In this document: one piece after another, positions 39,241 through 48,589 of the stretch | Layout: each line of letters begins with the position of its first letter | Position numbering within the stretch: position 1 is the first letter of the stretch | Source of the DNA: a virus | Taxonomy: Duplodnaviria > Caudoviricetes | Direction: 5' to 3' (one strand) | IMG/VR virus record: IMGVR_UViG_3300033463_000045 | Span: 1 to 64,000 of that record | Length of the DNA: 64,000 nt | Made by a program: the position numbers and the translations under genes | The notes under the pieces: model-generated | Database searches by the model: none | What the model was told of the DNA's origin: nothing | What the model saw: only the letters and a program-made list of their open reading frames with translations

Positions 39241-40161
39241 ATGACAGATAAGTTTATAATAGATAATTATCAAATAATAAGACATGGAGAAATAGAATTT
39301 AGACCAGGAATAACTTTAATAACTGGAAGTAGTAATAATGGAAAGTCTAGTATTTTTAAAGCATATAAACAACTTGTTTATAACTTATCTGGAAATACTT
39401 ATATTAATCAATATGCAGATAAATGTAAGTTAACTTTAGAAAATGAAGATTATAAAATAGTTTATAATAAAACTAAAACAAAATCAAGTTATGATATTAC
39501 AACTAAAGAAGGAAATATATCATTTGATAAGTTAGGCGTTAATCAAATTAAAGAAATAAGAGATTTGATACATATAGATAAGGACTTACATTATAATTTT
39601 TGGGAACAACTAGAGAAACCATTTTTAATAAATAAAACTAATAGAGAGCAATTTTTATTATTACAAGAAAGCCCTATTAGTGGAAATTTATTAAATATAC
39701 AAGAAAATATTAAATCAGATATAAAAGCATTAAAAGATGATTTATTAATTAAACAAGGTAGTTTAGAAATAGTTACAGAAAATATTTTAAAAGAAGAAAA
39801 AGTATTAGTTAATAGTGATGATATAAATTCATTAGTTGAAAATGTTGCTAGATTAATAGAAACTTATAATAAGTTAACTAATATAAAAAATAATTTAATA
39901 ACTTTAAATAATATAGATATTGAATTAGAAAAAGTAAATAATATAGTAGATATTAAATTTGATTCTACTATTGAAGAAAGTTATAATGAATATTATAACT
40001 TAAAAGAGAAGATTTCTAAATTTGTTAAATTTAATAAATCAATTGAAGAAGTTAATAATGAATATGATAATATTAATAATAAGTTAAATAATTTATTAAA
40101 TGTTATTAGTTCAAAATTTAGTATCTGTCCTATCTGTGGTCAAGAAATTCATAATATATAA
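39241..40161 (+). CDS. SbcC/Rad50-like ATPase, N-terminal half
   Basis: Walker A GSSNNGKSS, Q-loop, coiled coil ending in the CPICG zinc hook. Confidence 0.82.
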   Translation: MTDKFIIDNYQIIRHGEIEFRPGITLITGSSNNGKSSIFKAYKQLVYNLSGNTYINQYADKCKLTLENEDYKIVYNKTKTKSSYDITTKEGNISFDKLGVNQIKEIRDLIHIDKDLHYNFWEQLEKPFLINKTNREQFLLLQESPISGNLLNIQENIKSDIKALKDDLLIKQGSLEIVTENILKEEKVLVNSDDINSLVENVARLIETYNKLTNIKNNLITLNNIDIELEKVNNIVDIKFDSTIEESYNEYYNLKEKISKFVKFNKSIEEVNNEYDNINNKLNNLLNVISSKFSICPICGQEIHNI

Positions 40162-40176
40162 TAGGAGGTACTTAAT

Positions 40177-40485
40177 ATGAATATAGAACAAATATTATCA
40201 AATCCTGATTTAATAGATACATTAGATAGTAATACAAAAACACAACTATATTTATCATTAATTAAAACAAAAACAGAATTAAATAATAAATTAAATGAAT
40301 TAAAAGCTAAAAAAGAATTATTAGAAAAGCAAAAAGAAGAATTAACAAATGAATTATATACTGAAAGTAATACTACAAATATGGAAGAATTAACTAAATA
40401 TATAAAAGAAGTAGAAACTAAATTCAATGAAGATTTTAAAAAAGAAGTAATTAATTTAAATAGTATAAAAGAAAAACTAAATTAG
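40177..40485 (+). CDS. Coiled-coil protein (possible middle piece of split Rad50)
   Basis: Heptad-rich; lies between the two Rad50 halves. Confidence 0.55.
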   Translation: MNIEQILSNPDLIDTLDSNTKTQLYLSLIKTKTELNNKLNELKAKKELLEKQKEELTNELYTESNTTNMEELTKYIKEVETKFNEDFKKEVINLNSIKEKLN

Positions 40486-40493
40486 GTGATTAT

Positions 40494-41135
40494 ATGAATT
40501 TAAATGAATTAATAAATGAAACTACAAAGATAAAATTAAATTTTGAAAATATCGTAAAAGATTATAATAATAATATTCAAAAGAAAGAAGAACTATTAAA
40601 TAAGATAACTGAGAATACTCAAAATATTGCATTATTAGAAAATACTCAAGAAGTTTTTAAAACATTAGAGAATAAATTAAGTGAAGCAAATATTATACAT
40701 GTAGAACAATTATGTAATCAAGCATTAAAAACAATATTTAATACAGATGAAATAGAATATACAATTAAAATAGAAACATTAATACAAAGAAATAATAATC
40801 AAGTTCAATTCTATTTATATGAAAAAGATTTAGTTAATAATACTGAAGTTAAAACAAGATTAGAAGATAATGGATTTGGAGTGATGTCAACCATTGGACT
40901 TGTACTTCAAATATATTTTATTATTATTCATAAGCAACAACATATATTATTTTTAGATGAATCATTAACTGCTATTTCTGTAGATAAATTAGATAAATTA
41001 AAAATATTTTTAGATGAGATAAGTAATAAATTAGATTTCAAATTTATATTAATAGCACATATGGAAAGTTTATTTAAATTAGCAGATTATAGATATAATG
41101 TAGAAAATGGAAAAATAGAAGAGATAATTTCATAA
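40494..41135 (+). CDS. SbcC/Rad50-like ATPase, C-terminal half
   Basis: Coiled coil, signature-like NGFG, Walker B LFLDES, H-loop IAH. Confidence 0.82.
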   Translation: MNLNELINETTKIKLNFENIVKDYNNNIQKKEELLNKITENTQNIALLENTQEVFKTLENKLSEANIIHVEQLCNQALKTIFNTDEIEYTIKIETLIQRNNNQVQFYLYEKDLVNNTEVKTRLEDNGFGVMSTIGLVLQIYFIIIHKQQHILFLDESLTAISVDKLDKLKIFLDEISNKLDFKFILIAHMESLFKLADYRYNVENGKIEEIIS

Positions 41136-41160
41136 TATATAATATAAGGAGTTAATTATT

Positions 41161-42093
41161 ATGTCAAAAGTTTGTATAGTGGGAGATACGCATTTTAGTC
41201 CTAAACAACCTGTATCAAGAAAAGATAATTACCCAGAAACATTATTAAAGAAATTAGATAGCTTATTAGAATTATGTATAGATAATAATGTTAGAGATGT
41301 TATATTTTTAGGAGACCTAATTAATAATAATCAAATGACTATGGAATATTTTATTATTTTATATAGATATTTTTCTCAATTTAGTAAATTTAATATAAAA
41401 CTCCATACAGTAATAGGTAATCATGATATTAATCACGGCAATGAAGAGTTTTTAGATAAATCTCCATTAGCGATATTATTTGAATCCAAATTATTTAATA
41501 ATAAAGATTTTATAAGAGATAATTGTAAATTTACTTTAAAAAATTATTATGATACAATAGATAAATTAGAACCTATAAAAGAAGGCGGAGTAAATATATT
41601 AATAGGTCATTATTTTTATTTAAGTGGTTTTAATGATATATATCATACTTTATCTCCAGAAGATTGCAAAAGATTAGGTTATAATTATTATTTTCTAGGA
41701 CATGACCATACACCTTATGAATCATTAAGAATAAATGGTTATGAAGTTCATAGACCAGGAAGTTTTAGTAGAGCAACTTCTGATACTTGTCAAGTTACAA
41801 GAGATAATATCAAAGTTTGTTTATTTGATACTGAGACATTAGGAATATCATATTTAGATATACCAAATGTTTTACTTAGTAAAGATGTATATAAAGAATC
41901 AAAATTAATATCTAAATTAATAGATAAAGATAATATAGATACTACATTAAGTCAAGATATAGATGATTTAATTAATGATTTATCATTTGATTTTTCTGGA
42001 GACATTTATAAAGTATTAGATGAAATGAATTTAGAAGATAAAGTAAAAGATGCAGTAATTAAATATTTAGAGGAAGAGGGAATGTACAGATGA
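41161..42093 (+). CDS. SbcD/Mre11-like metallophosphoesterase nuclease
   Basis: GDTH, GDL, GNHD, GH, GHDH, PGS. Confidence 0.88.
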   Translation: MSKVCIVGDTHFSPKQPVSRKDNYPETLLKKLDSLLELCIDNNVRDVIFLGDLINNNQMTMEYFIILYRYFSQFSKFNIKLHTVIGNHDINHGNEEFLDKSPLAILFESKLFNNKDFIRDNCKFTLKNYYDTIDKLEPIKEGGVNILIGHYFYLSGFNDIYHTLSPEDCKRLGYNYYFLGHDHTPYESLRINGYEVHRPGSFSRATSDTCQVTRDNIKVCLFDTETLGISYLDIPNVLLSKDVYKESKLISKLIDKDNIDTTLSQDIDDLINDLSFDFSGDIYKVLDEMNLEDKVKDAVIKYLEEEGMYR

Positions 42094-42500
42094 TTTCAGA
42101 ATTTACAGGAGGATTTGTTATAGGAATATTAGTAGCATTATTTTTATTTTTCTTATTTAGAGATTTATTATTAAGAATGATTTTAAAGAGTGCTGTTCCT
42201 ATGATAAAAGATAATAAAACTGGAGATATAGTTGAATTTGAAGAATTTAGAGAAGATGCATTAAAGAATATAGAAACAGATTTAATATATAGTTATAAAT
42301 TATTAATGTTATTAAAGACAACTATCGCATTACTTTTAGAAAAAGAAACATTAGGTGAAGATGAAATAGAAGTAAAGATAAAAGAAGTTTTACAAAAGAA
42401 ACAATTAGAAATTATTGAAGCAGTAGAAGATTATAGAAAATTATTTGAAGCTAGAGGAATAGATATTGACTCAATTTTAAATAATAATAAAGAAGTTTAG
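42090..42500 (+). CDS. Membrane-anchored hypothetical protein
   Basis: N-terminal TM helix. Confidence 0.6.
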   Translation: MISEFTGGFVIGILVALFLFFLFRDLLLRMILKSAVPMIKDNKTGDIVEFEEFREDALKNIETDLIYSYKLLMLLKTTIALLLEKETLGEDEIEVKIKEVLQKKQLEIIEAVEDYRKLFEARGIDIDSILNNNKEV

Positions 42501-42503
42501 GAT

Positions 42504-43652
42504 GTGATATTGATGAATAATGAATATAATTTTATAAGTGATTTAGAAATAAAAGATATAAAAGATTATTTGTCAATTAGTTCATCTGATTTTTTAAATA
42601 TATTATCACAAATAAATATAATTATTAATAATAGTAAATCTGCATCTAAATTAGCAAGAGGAATAGTATTAGAAATAATTAATAATAATCATATAAAAGT
42701 AATTTATCCAAATGAGCTATATTATTTTACTGCTAAATTAGATTGTATAACAACATTTGAAAATGGTACTCAGATTTATTTAAATCATTTATTTTTAACA
42801 AAGTTATCTAAATACTATGGAAATGTATTTTATATATTTAAATTTAATGATAAATATTATTTAAAATTAGAGACAGGAAATTTAGAGTTATTAAATCCTG
42901 AATTATTAGAATCAGAAAAAGAAAAGATAAAAAATAATTATGAAATAAAAAGTTATTATTCATCATATAAAGTAGGAGATATTTATAATAAATTAAAATC
43001 ATTACAAGCAATAACAGGTTTTGAAGTAGAAGAGAATAGAAAGTTTATAAATTGTAATAATAATATAATTACATTTAAGTCGCCTTTATTAATGGCAAAA
43101 TCTGAGTTTACTTTTTTAAATACAATATTAGATTATAAGTTATTAAATTATTTAATTTATATATGTAGTTTATCTTTAGCAGATGAAGATATAGAAATAT
43201 ATAATGTTGATTATAATATTATACCTAAATATGCTATTAAATTTAAAGATACATATTTAATATCAAATTACCCTGAAAGTAATCCTAATACTAGAATAAA
43301 TAATATATTTTTAGATTTACCAGAATTTACAGTAATAGATTATGCAAATCTAAAATATAAATTAGAATATGCTGATAGTATTATATATGCTAAAGGAATT
43401 GTAACATTTATAAATAAAGATGGAAAATTAGTAGGTAAGATAAAATTAAATAATAATTCAGATTCTGAAATAGAAATACCAACATTAAGTGAATTATACT
43501 TAAAACAAAATCAACAAATTAGAGTTAATTATAAAACATTATTAGTTGCTTTATCAGCATTAGATTCATCATTAGAAACATTCTTTGGTTTAAAAGATGG
43601 TTTATTATATATAATTAATAGTGATATAAGTTTAGCTTTATCAACATTTTAA
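42504..43652 (+). CDS. Putative DNA sliding clamp (Pol III beta-like)
   Basis: About 380 aa, three-repeat alpha/beta pattern, IRVNYKTLL..L C-terminal pattern, clamp-loader genes nearby. Confidence 0.55.
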   Translation: MILMNNEYNFISDLEIKDIKDYLSISSSDFLNILSQINIIINNSKSASKLARGIVLEIINNNHIKVIYPNELYYFTAKLDCITTFENGTQIYLNHLFLTKLSKYYGNVFYIFKFNDKYYLKLETGNLELLNPELLESEKEKIKNNYEIKSYYSSYKVGDIYNKLKSLQAITGFEVEENRKFINCNNNIITFKSPLLMAKSEFTFLNTILDYKLLNYLIYICSLSLADEDIEIYNVDYNIIPKYAIKFKDTYLISNYPESNPNTRINNIFLDLPEFTVIDYANLKYKLEYADSIIYAKGIVTFINKDGKLVGKIKLNNNSDSEIEIPTLSELYLKQNQQIRVNYKTLLVALSALDSSLETFFGLKDGLLYIINSDISLALSTF

Positions 43653-43662
43653 GGAGGAAATT

Positions 43663-45105
43663 ATGAATACAAATGAATTAGGAACTAAATTATATGAAGG
43701 AGATGTAAAAGAATTATTTATAAATGCATCTACAAAATTATATAATTCAGTAGTACATACTTTAGGACCTGATGGTCTTAACTCAGCAATACCAACAAGT
43801 AATCAATATTTAAGTATAATTAATGATGGTAAAACAATTTTAGAGACATTAAGTTCTGGAGATATAGCAGAAAAATTAGCAATAAATACATTAAAAGAAT
43901 CTTCATTTGCTACTAATAAAAATGCAGGTGATGGAACAACAACTACAATAATAATGCAACATGAATTATTATATAATATTCAAAATTATAATATTAATAA
44001 TGAAGAACAAATAACAGCAACATATTTAACAGATTTAAGAGATGATTTATTAGAAAAATTAAAAGATTTTAAATTAGATATTAAATCAGATGATGATTTA
44101 AAAAAGATTATTACTGTTTCTTTAGGTTCAAATAAATTTACTGATACAGTATTTAATGCTTTTAGTAATTTATCTATAAGTCAGAAACCTACATTAGTAA
44201 AAGTAAATACAAAAAGCACAACAGATTATGTTGAAATAGATGGAGTAAATTTAGCTCCAGTAGAAGTTAATCCAGTAGTATTAAAATCAATTAGTCTTAG
44301 TGGAGATGAACCATTAAACGTATTAATATTAAATCAAGAAGTATCAAGAATAGATAACTCATTTGCTGCTTTATTAACTAAGATTAGTAAGAGTAATAAA
44401 AAGACAATATTATTATATACAGATATAAAACCAAGTGTTATGGACCAATTATTATATAATATTCAAGAAGGAGCATTAAATCTTATTCCTGTAAGATTAG
44501 CAATGCCAATAACTCAAATAGATGAAATAATTTCAGACCTTGAAGAATATTTTAATTGTAAAGCATTAAGTGATATGTTACCATATCAAACTAATCATAA
44601 TAATGAAGAGATTTTTGGAAAAGGAATCGGTTATATTTTAAATAAAGATTCTGTAATAATTAAGAATGATAATGAAGAATATAATAATAAAGAACATTTA
44701 GTTCCATCTCATTCTTCAGCAATAGAAATTGGATTTATTACATTTAGTCAACAAGATGAAGATTATAGAAGATTAGAAGATGCTGTACAATCTGCATATA
44801 ATGCAAGAAATTATGGTTATGTATTAGGAGCAGGTTATACTTATTATTGTTTAGGTTGTTTATTAGATGATATAGAAAAGAATAAACCTATAATAAGTGC
44901 ATTACAAACTATATTTAATAGATTATCTCCTATAGATATTAAAAAAGAAGAATTTATTATTTATATAAGAGATAATATATTTGATAGTTATAAAGTAGTT
45001 GAACAAGTAATATTAAATTCATTTACTGTAGTTGCTCAAATATTATCTACTAATTGTGTATTAGTTCCATACCAAAGAAATAGAATAAATGGAAATATAG
45101 AATAA
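43663..45105 (+). CDS. GroEL-like chaperonin
   Basis: TLGPDG, INDGKTI, AGDGTTT, EDAV, GYVLGAG, IFDS.KV. Confidence 0.9.
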   Translation: MNTNELGTKLYEGDVKELFINASTKLYNSVVHTLGPDGLNSAIPTSNQYLSIINDGKTILETLSSGDIAEKLAINTLKESSFATNKNAGDGTTTTIIMQHELLYNIQNYNINNEEQITATYLTDLRDDLLEKLKDFKLDIKSDDDLKKIITVSLGSNKFTDTVFNAFSNLSISQKPTLVKVNTKSTTDYVEIDGVNLAPVEVNPVVLKSISLSGDEPLNVLILNQEVSRIDNSFAALLTKISKSNKKTILLYTDIKPSVMDQLLYNIQEGALNLIPVRLAMPITQIDEIISDLEEYFNCKALSDMLPYQTNHNNEEIFGKGIGYILNKDSVIIKNDNEEYNNKEHLVPSHSSAIEIGFITFSQQDEDYRRLEDAVQSAYNARNYGYVLGAGYTYYCLGCLLDDIEKNKPIISALQTIFNRLSPIDIKKEEFIIYIRDNIFDSYKVVEQVILNSFTVVAQILSTNCVLVPYQRNRINGNIE

Positions 45106-45247
45106 TATATTGGCATTTATAATTATATTAACATTAAATTAGACATTCTTTTTCATAATGATAGTGATGTCGCCTCCAAAACATTTTAATTTTATATAAT
45201 TATAATGTAAGTCCAAGGCATATTGTGCATTCGTGCACTCCCTAATC

Positions 45248-45285
45248 AAAAGGTATTCATTTAATTATGAGTACCTTTTTATTTC
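45248..45285 (+). terminator. Intrinsic terminator
   Basis: AAAAGGTATTCAT-TTAATT-ATGAGTACCTTTTT. Confidence 0.8.
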
Positions 45286-45314
45286 ATAATATATAATATA
45301 AGGAGAAATATTTT

Positions 45315-46487
45315 ATGGCAAAGAAAAAAGAAGAAAAAGATACAAATGAATTTTATGCTTTTTTAGAGAATAAGTATAAAGCATATTTTGAACCTGATGT
45401 ATACAAAACTGGAATTGTTGCATTAGATGAAGTTTTAAATGGAGGATTAGAAACTGGAAGCTTAATAGAATTATCATCAGAATCTCAAGCAGGTAAATCT
45501 ACTTTAGTATTGCATTTAGCTAAGAATTTTGCAGAAAAAGGATTAAAAACATTATATATTGACTCAGAAGGTTCTGTTAAAAATGATATGTTAAAAGGAA
45601 TAGGTTTATTACCTTATTTAAGTACAGCAGATAATAAAAGAAATATGTTTACTTTAGTAAGAGAAAGCGGTTATTCTAAAGTAGAAGAATTAATATCAAT
45701 GGCATTACAAAATGAAGATTTTAAATTATTTGTTATTGATAGTTTAACAGCCTTAACTTATGATGATTATTTAGATTTAGACTCTAAAAAAGATATAGTA
45801 GACCATCAAATAGGTTTAGATGCTAGATTAAATGGTAGATTATTAAAAAAATTAAATGCATTAAAAACAACTTATAATTGTATATTTATAATTATAAATC
45901 AAACAAGAACTAATATGGGTGGTTATGTTGTAACAAAAGAATCAACTGGAGGTCAAGCTGTTAAGTTCTATCCAGATGTTAGATTATTTATGAAAGTAAA
46001 AGAGAAGATTCAAGATGAAAAAGAATTAATTATCGGTAAACAAAAAATATATATTGGAGCAAATTGTACAATTGAAGCAAAGAAATCAAGAGTAGGTTCT
46101 GGTTTTATACAATTTCCTATTACAATTTATTATGGTAAAGGAGTAAGTAATTTAACAGCTTATGTTAATTTATTACCAACAATTAAAGTAAATGGAAAAC
46201 CTGTATTGAAACAACTATCTCCTGTATCTTATGAATTAAATGTTAATGGTAAAAAATATAATACATCAAAAGGTAAGAATGGTCTAAATACTTTAATTGT
46301 AGAACATTATGATGAATTAGTTCCAATAGTTGAAGAACATTTAGAGAATTTCTATAAAAAAGTAGCTGATGGTTTAACTGATATTGAAAGTGAAGAAATT
46401 ATAGAAGAAGTTCAATCTGAAGATTATGAATTAGACGATACATTAATTGAAGAGGAAAATGAACAAACAAATAATCAAATCGATTAA
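45315..46487 (+). CDS. recA: RecA/UvsX recombinase
   Basis: TGIVALDEVLNGG, SQAGKS, YIDSEG, VIDSLTAL, INQTR, TGGQAVKFY, acidic tail. Confidence 0.92.
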   Translation: MAKKKEEKDTNEFYAFLENKYKAYFEPDVYKTGIVALDEVLNGGLETGSLIELSSESQAGKSTLVLHLAKNFAEKGLKTLYIDSEGSVKNDMLKGIGLLPYLSTADNKRNMFTLVRESGYSKVEELISMALQNEDFKLFVIDSLTALTYDDYLDLDSKKDIVDHQIGLDARLNGRLLKKLNALKTTYNCIFIIINQTRTNMGGYVVTKESTGGQAVKFYPDVRLFMKVKEKIQDEKELIIGKQKIYIGANCTIEAKKSRVGSGFIQFPITIYYGKGVSNLTAYVNLLPTIKVNGKPVLKQLSPVSYELNVNGKKYNTSKGKNGLNTLIVEHYDELVPIVEEHLENFYKKVADGLTDIESEEIIEEVQSEDYELDDTLIEEENEQTNNQID

Positions 46488-46581
46488 TTATTTAATCGGA
46501 ATCATTTAGATATATTTACTGGAGGCATTTAGATGACCTCTGGTAAATGTTCTAATTAAAGTTATATAAATATATGAAAGG

Positions 46582-47685
46582 ATGATTAAAGTGCTAGTTT
46601 TAACTGAAAAACCGAAGACATTTAGAGAGATGGTAGGACAAGAATTAGTTAAAAAATCTTTATTAAAAATAAGTAAAAATCCAGAAACATCACCAAGAAT
46701 AATATTATTAAGTGGAGAATATGGAACAGGAAAAACTTTAGCTTCAAAAATATTTACTAGTGCTTTAAATTGTCCAAATAAATTAGCTGATGGAGATGCT
46801 TGTGGCAAAGAAGATTGTCCTATATGTGGACAAAAAATAGAAGAAAGCATGTTTTATGAAGAATATGATTCAGCGATTGTAGGTAATGTAGATACAATAA
46901 AAGAATTAAGAGGAACTTTTTATTTTGGTTATACAAAAGGTTATAAAGTTATTGTATTAGATGAATGTCAATTAATATCAAAAACAGCACAAGGAGCATT
47001 ATTAAAGATATTTGAGCATCCAGAACCAAATGTCTTTTTTATTATATGTACAACTGACCAAGATAAACTTCTGCAAACAATTGTATCACGTAGCCTAGTT
47101 TTATGTTATAATAAAATTAATTATAATGATATAGAGGAGTATTTGCATAAAATAGTTAATAAGTATAGTCAAAGGTGCAGTGAATTAAGCACAGATGAAG
47201 TAGATACAAATATTAAATTAATTGCAAGGAAAAGTCAAGGTCATATAAGGAATGCATTAATGTTATTAGATAATATGTTCTTATTAGGAAAAGATTTTAA
47301 AAATTTAATTAAAGATATAAGACCTCATTATTTAGAATTACTTTCAATGGGGTTAAATTATAATGATTATATAAAAAGATTTGATAAAAATGAAGTAGAT
47401 AAAAATATAAGTCGAATAATAAATGACTTATTATATTTCCCAATTTCAGAATTAAAAACCGAATATGAATTACTTGTTTTAGATATTAGCAAATATATAT
47501 TTAATATTAATAGTAATAATGAATTAGATAGTATTATAAGTAAGTTTAGAAATAATATTAAATTATTTAATATTTTAAATGATAAAGTTATTTATAATTT
47601 ATTTACTGATGACATACAATTTCAAATAGCGATGCTAATATTAATAAAAAATTTAAGTTCTTTAAAAATAAATAATGGAGGTTAA
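46582..47685 (+). CDS. dnaX: Clamp loader large subunit (DnaX gamma/tau-like)
   Basis: PKTFREMVGQ, GEYGTGKT, LNC..ACGKEDCPIC, LDECQ, ALLK, TIVSR, GHIRNAL. Confidence 0.88.
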   Translation: MIKVLVLTEKPKTFREMVGQELVKKSLLKISKNPETSPRIILLSGEYGTGKTLASKIFTSALNCPNKLADGDACGKEDCPICGQKIEESMFYEEYDSAIVGNVDTIKELRGTFYFGYTKGYKVIVLDECQLISKTAQGALLKIFEHPEPNVFFIICTTDQDKLLQTIVSRSLVLCYNKINYNDIEEYLHKIVNKYSQRCSELSTDEVDTNIKLIARKSQGHIRNALMLLDNMFLLGKDFKNLIKDIRPHYLELLSMGLNYNDYIKRFDKNEVDKNISRIINDLLYFPISELKTEYELLVLDISKYIFNINSNNELDSIISKFRNNIKLFNILNDKVIYNLFTDDIQFQIAMLILIKNLSSLKINNGG

Positions 47686-48169
47686 AATGTTTGAAGATGA
47701 AAGTTCATTTGATATAATTGATAAAGCTATTAAGTCTGTTATTTTTAAATATAAAAATAGAGATTTTTATAATGATTTATATCAAGAATGTTATTGTAAA
47801 ATCTTAGAAATGTTAAAAAATAGTATGTATAATCCTATAATGAATTTATATGGTTATGCATATACAATTTCAAGAAATCAAGTAACATATTATATGTATC
47901 ATAATCATAATGTAAATAGAATAACGACTTTAAAAGAAGATAGATTATTTGACTCAATAGAATCTTCAGAAGAATTATTAGTTAATAATATTGAATTTAT
48001 AGATTTTGCAGATGAAATTATAAATCAATATTCTAATGTTATAGATAATGAATTTAAATCAGAAGACTTGCTTAATTTATTATATAAAGAAGATAGCGAA
48101 ATTGCGGAATTAAAATATAGAATTTTAAAAGGAGAGCTATTATGGAAGATAAGCAAGACAAGAACATAG
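47675..48169 (+). CDS. Sigma-factor-like protein (region 2 only)
   Basis: DLYQEC..KILE...YGYAYTISRNQV resembles sigma70 region 2. Confidence 0.6.
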   Translation: MEVKMFEDESSFDIIDKAIKSVIFKYKNRDFYNDLYQECYCKILEMLKNSMYNPIMNLYGYAYTISRNQVTYYMYHNHNVNRITTLKEDRLFDSIESSEELLVNNIEFIDFADEIINQYSNVIDNEFKSEDLLNLLYKEDSEIAELKYRILKGELLWKISKTRT

Positions 48170-48573
48170 ATAGAGAAGTTCAGTCGAGATTTTTACCAAT
48201 AGGCAACTTATCTCAAACTAAAAAGTTATCATATGACGATATATTAATTATGGCTGATATGCTTGTTCCATATAAAGAAATGATTTTACTTTTATTAGAT
48301 GTATTTAAATCTGAAGAAGAATTAATTAAATTTTTAGATTTATTTGCTGGAACTACTATTAAATTACCATCAAGAAGTAGAATTTATCATGTTATGGAAA
48401 ATATATCTATTTATAGATATTGGCAAAATCATATAACTGATGAAGACCCAGAAAAATCAACAGCAAAACATTTTAATATAACAAGACAATATGTTACTAG
48501 TATAATAGAAAGAGTTAATCATAGAGATAAACATTCTTTAGATATAGATAATATAACAAAATTAAATAAATAA
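48142..48573 (+). CDS. Mor-like HTH DNA-binding protein (activator or small terminase)
   Basis: FLDLFAGTTIKLPS...TAKHFNITRQYVTSII; immediately upstream of terL. Confidence 0.6.
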   Translation: MEDKQDKNIDREVQSRFLPIGNLSQTKKLSYDDILIMADMLVPYKEMILLLLDVFKSEEELIKFLDLFAGTTIKLPSRSRIYHVMENISIYRYWQNHITDEDPEKSTAKHFNITRQYVTSIIERVNHRDKHSLDIDNITKLNK

Positions 48574-48589
48574 TAAGGAGGTATAATTA

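Noticed and set aside
45200-45250. tRNA gene near the GTGCATTCGTGCAC hairpin
   Set aside because: No cloverleaf, no GTTCRA T-loop context and no acceptor stem; no tRNA recognised anywhere in the window.
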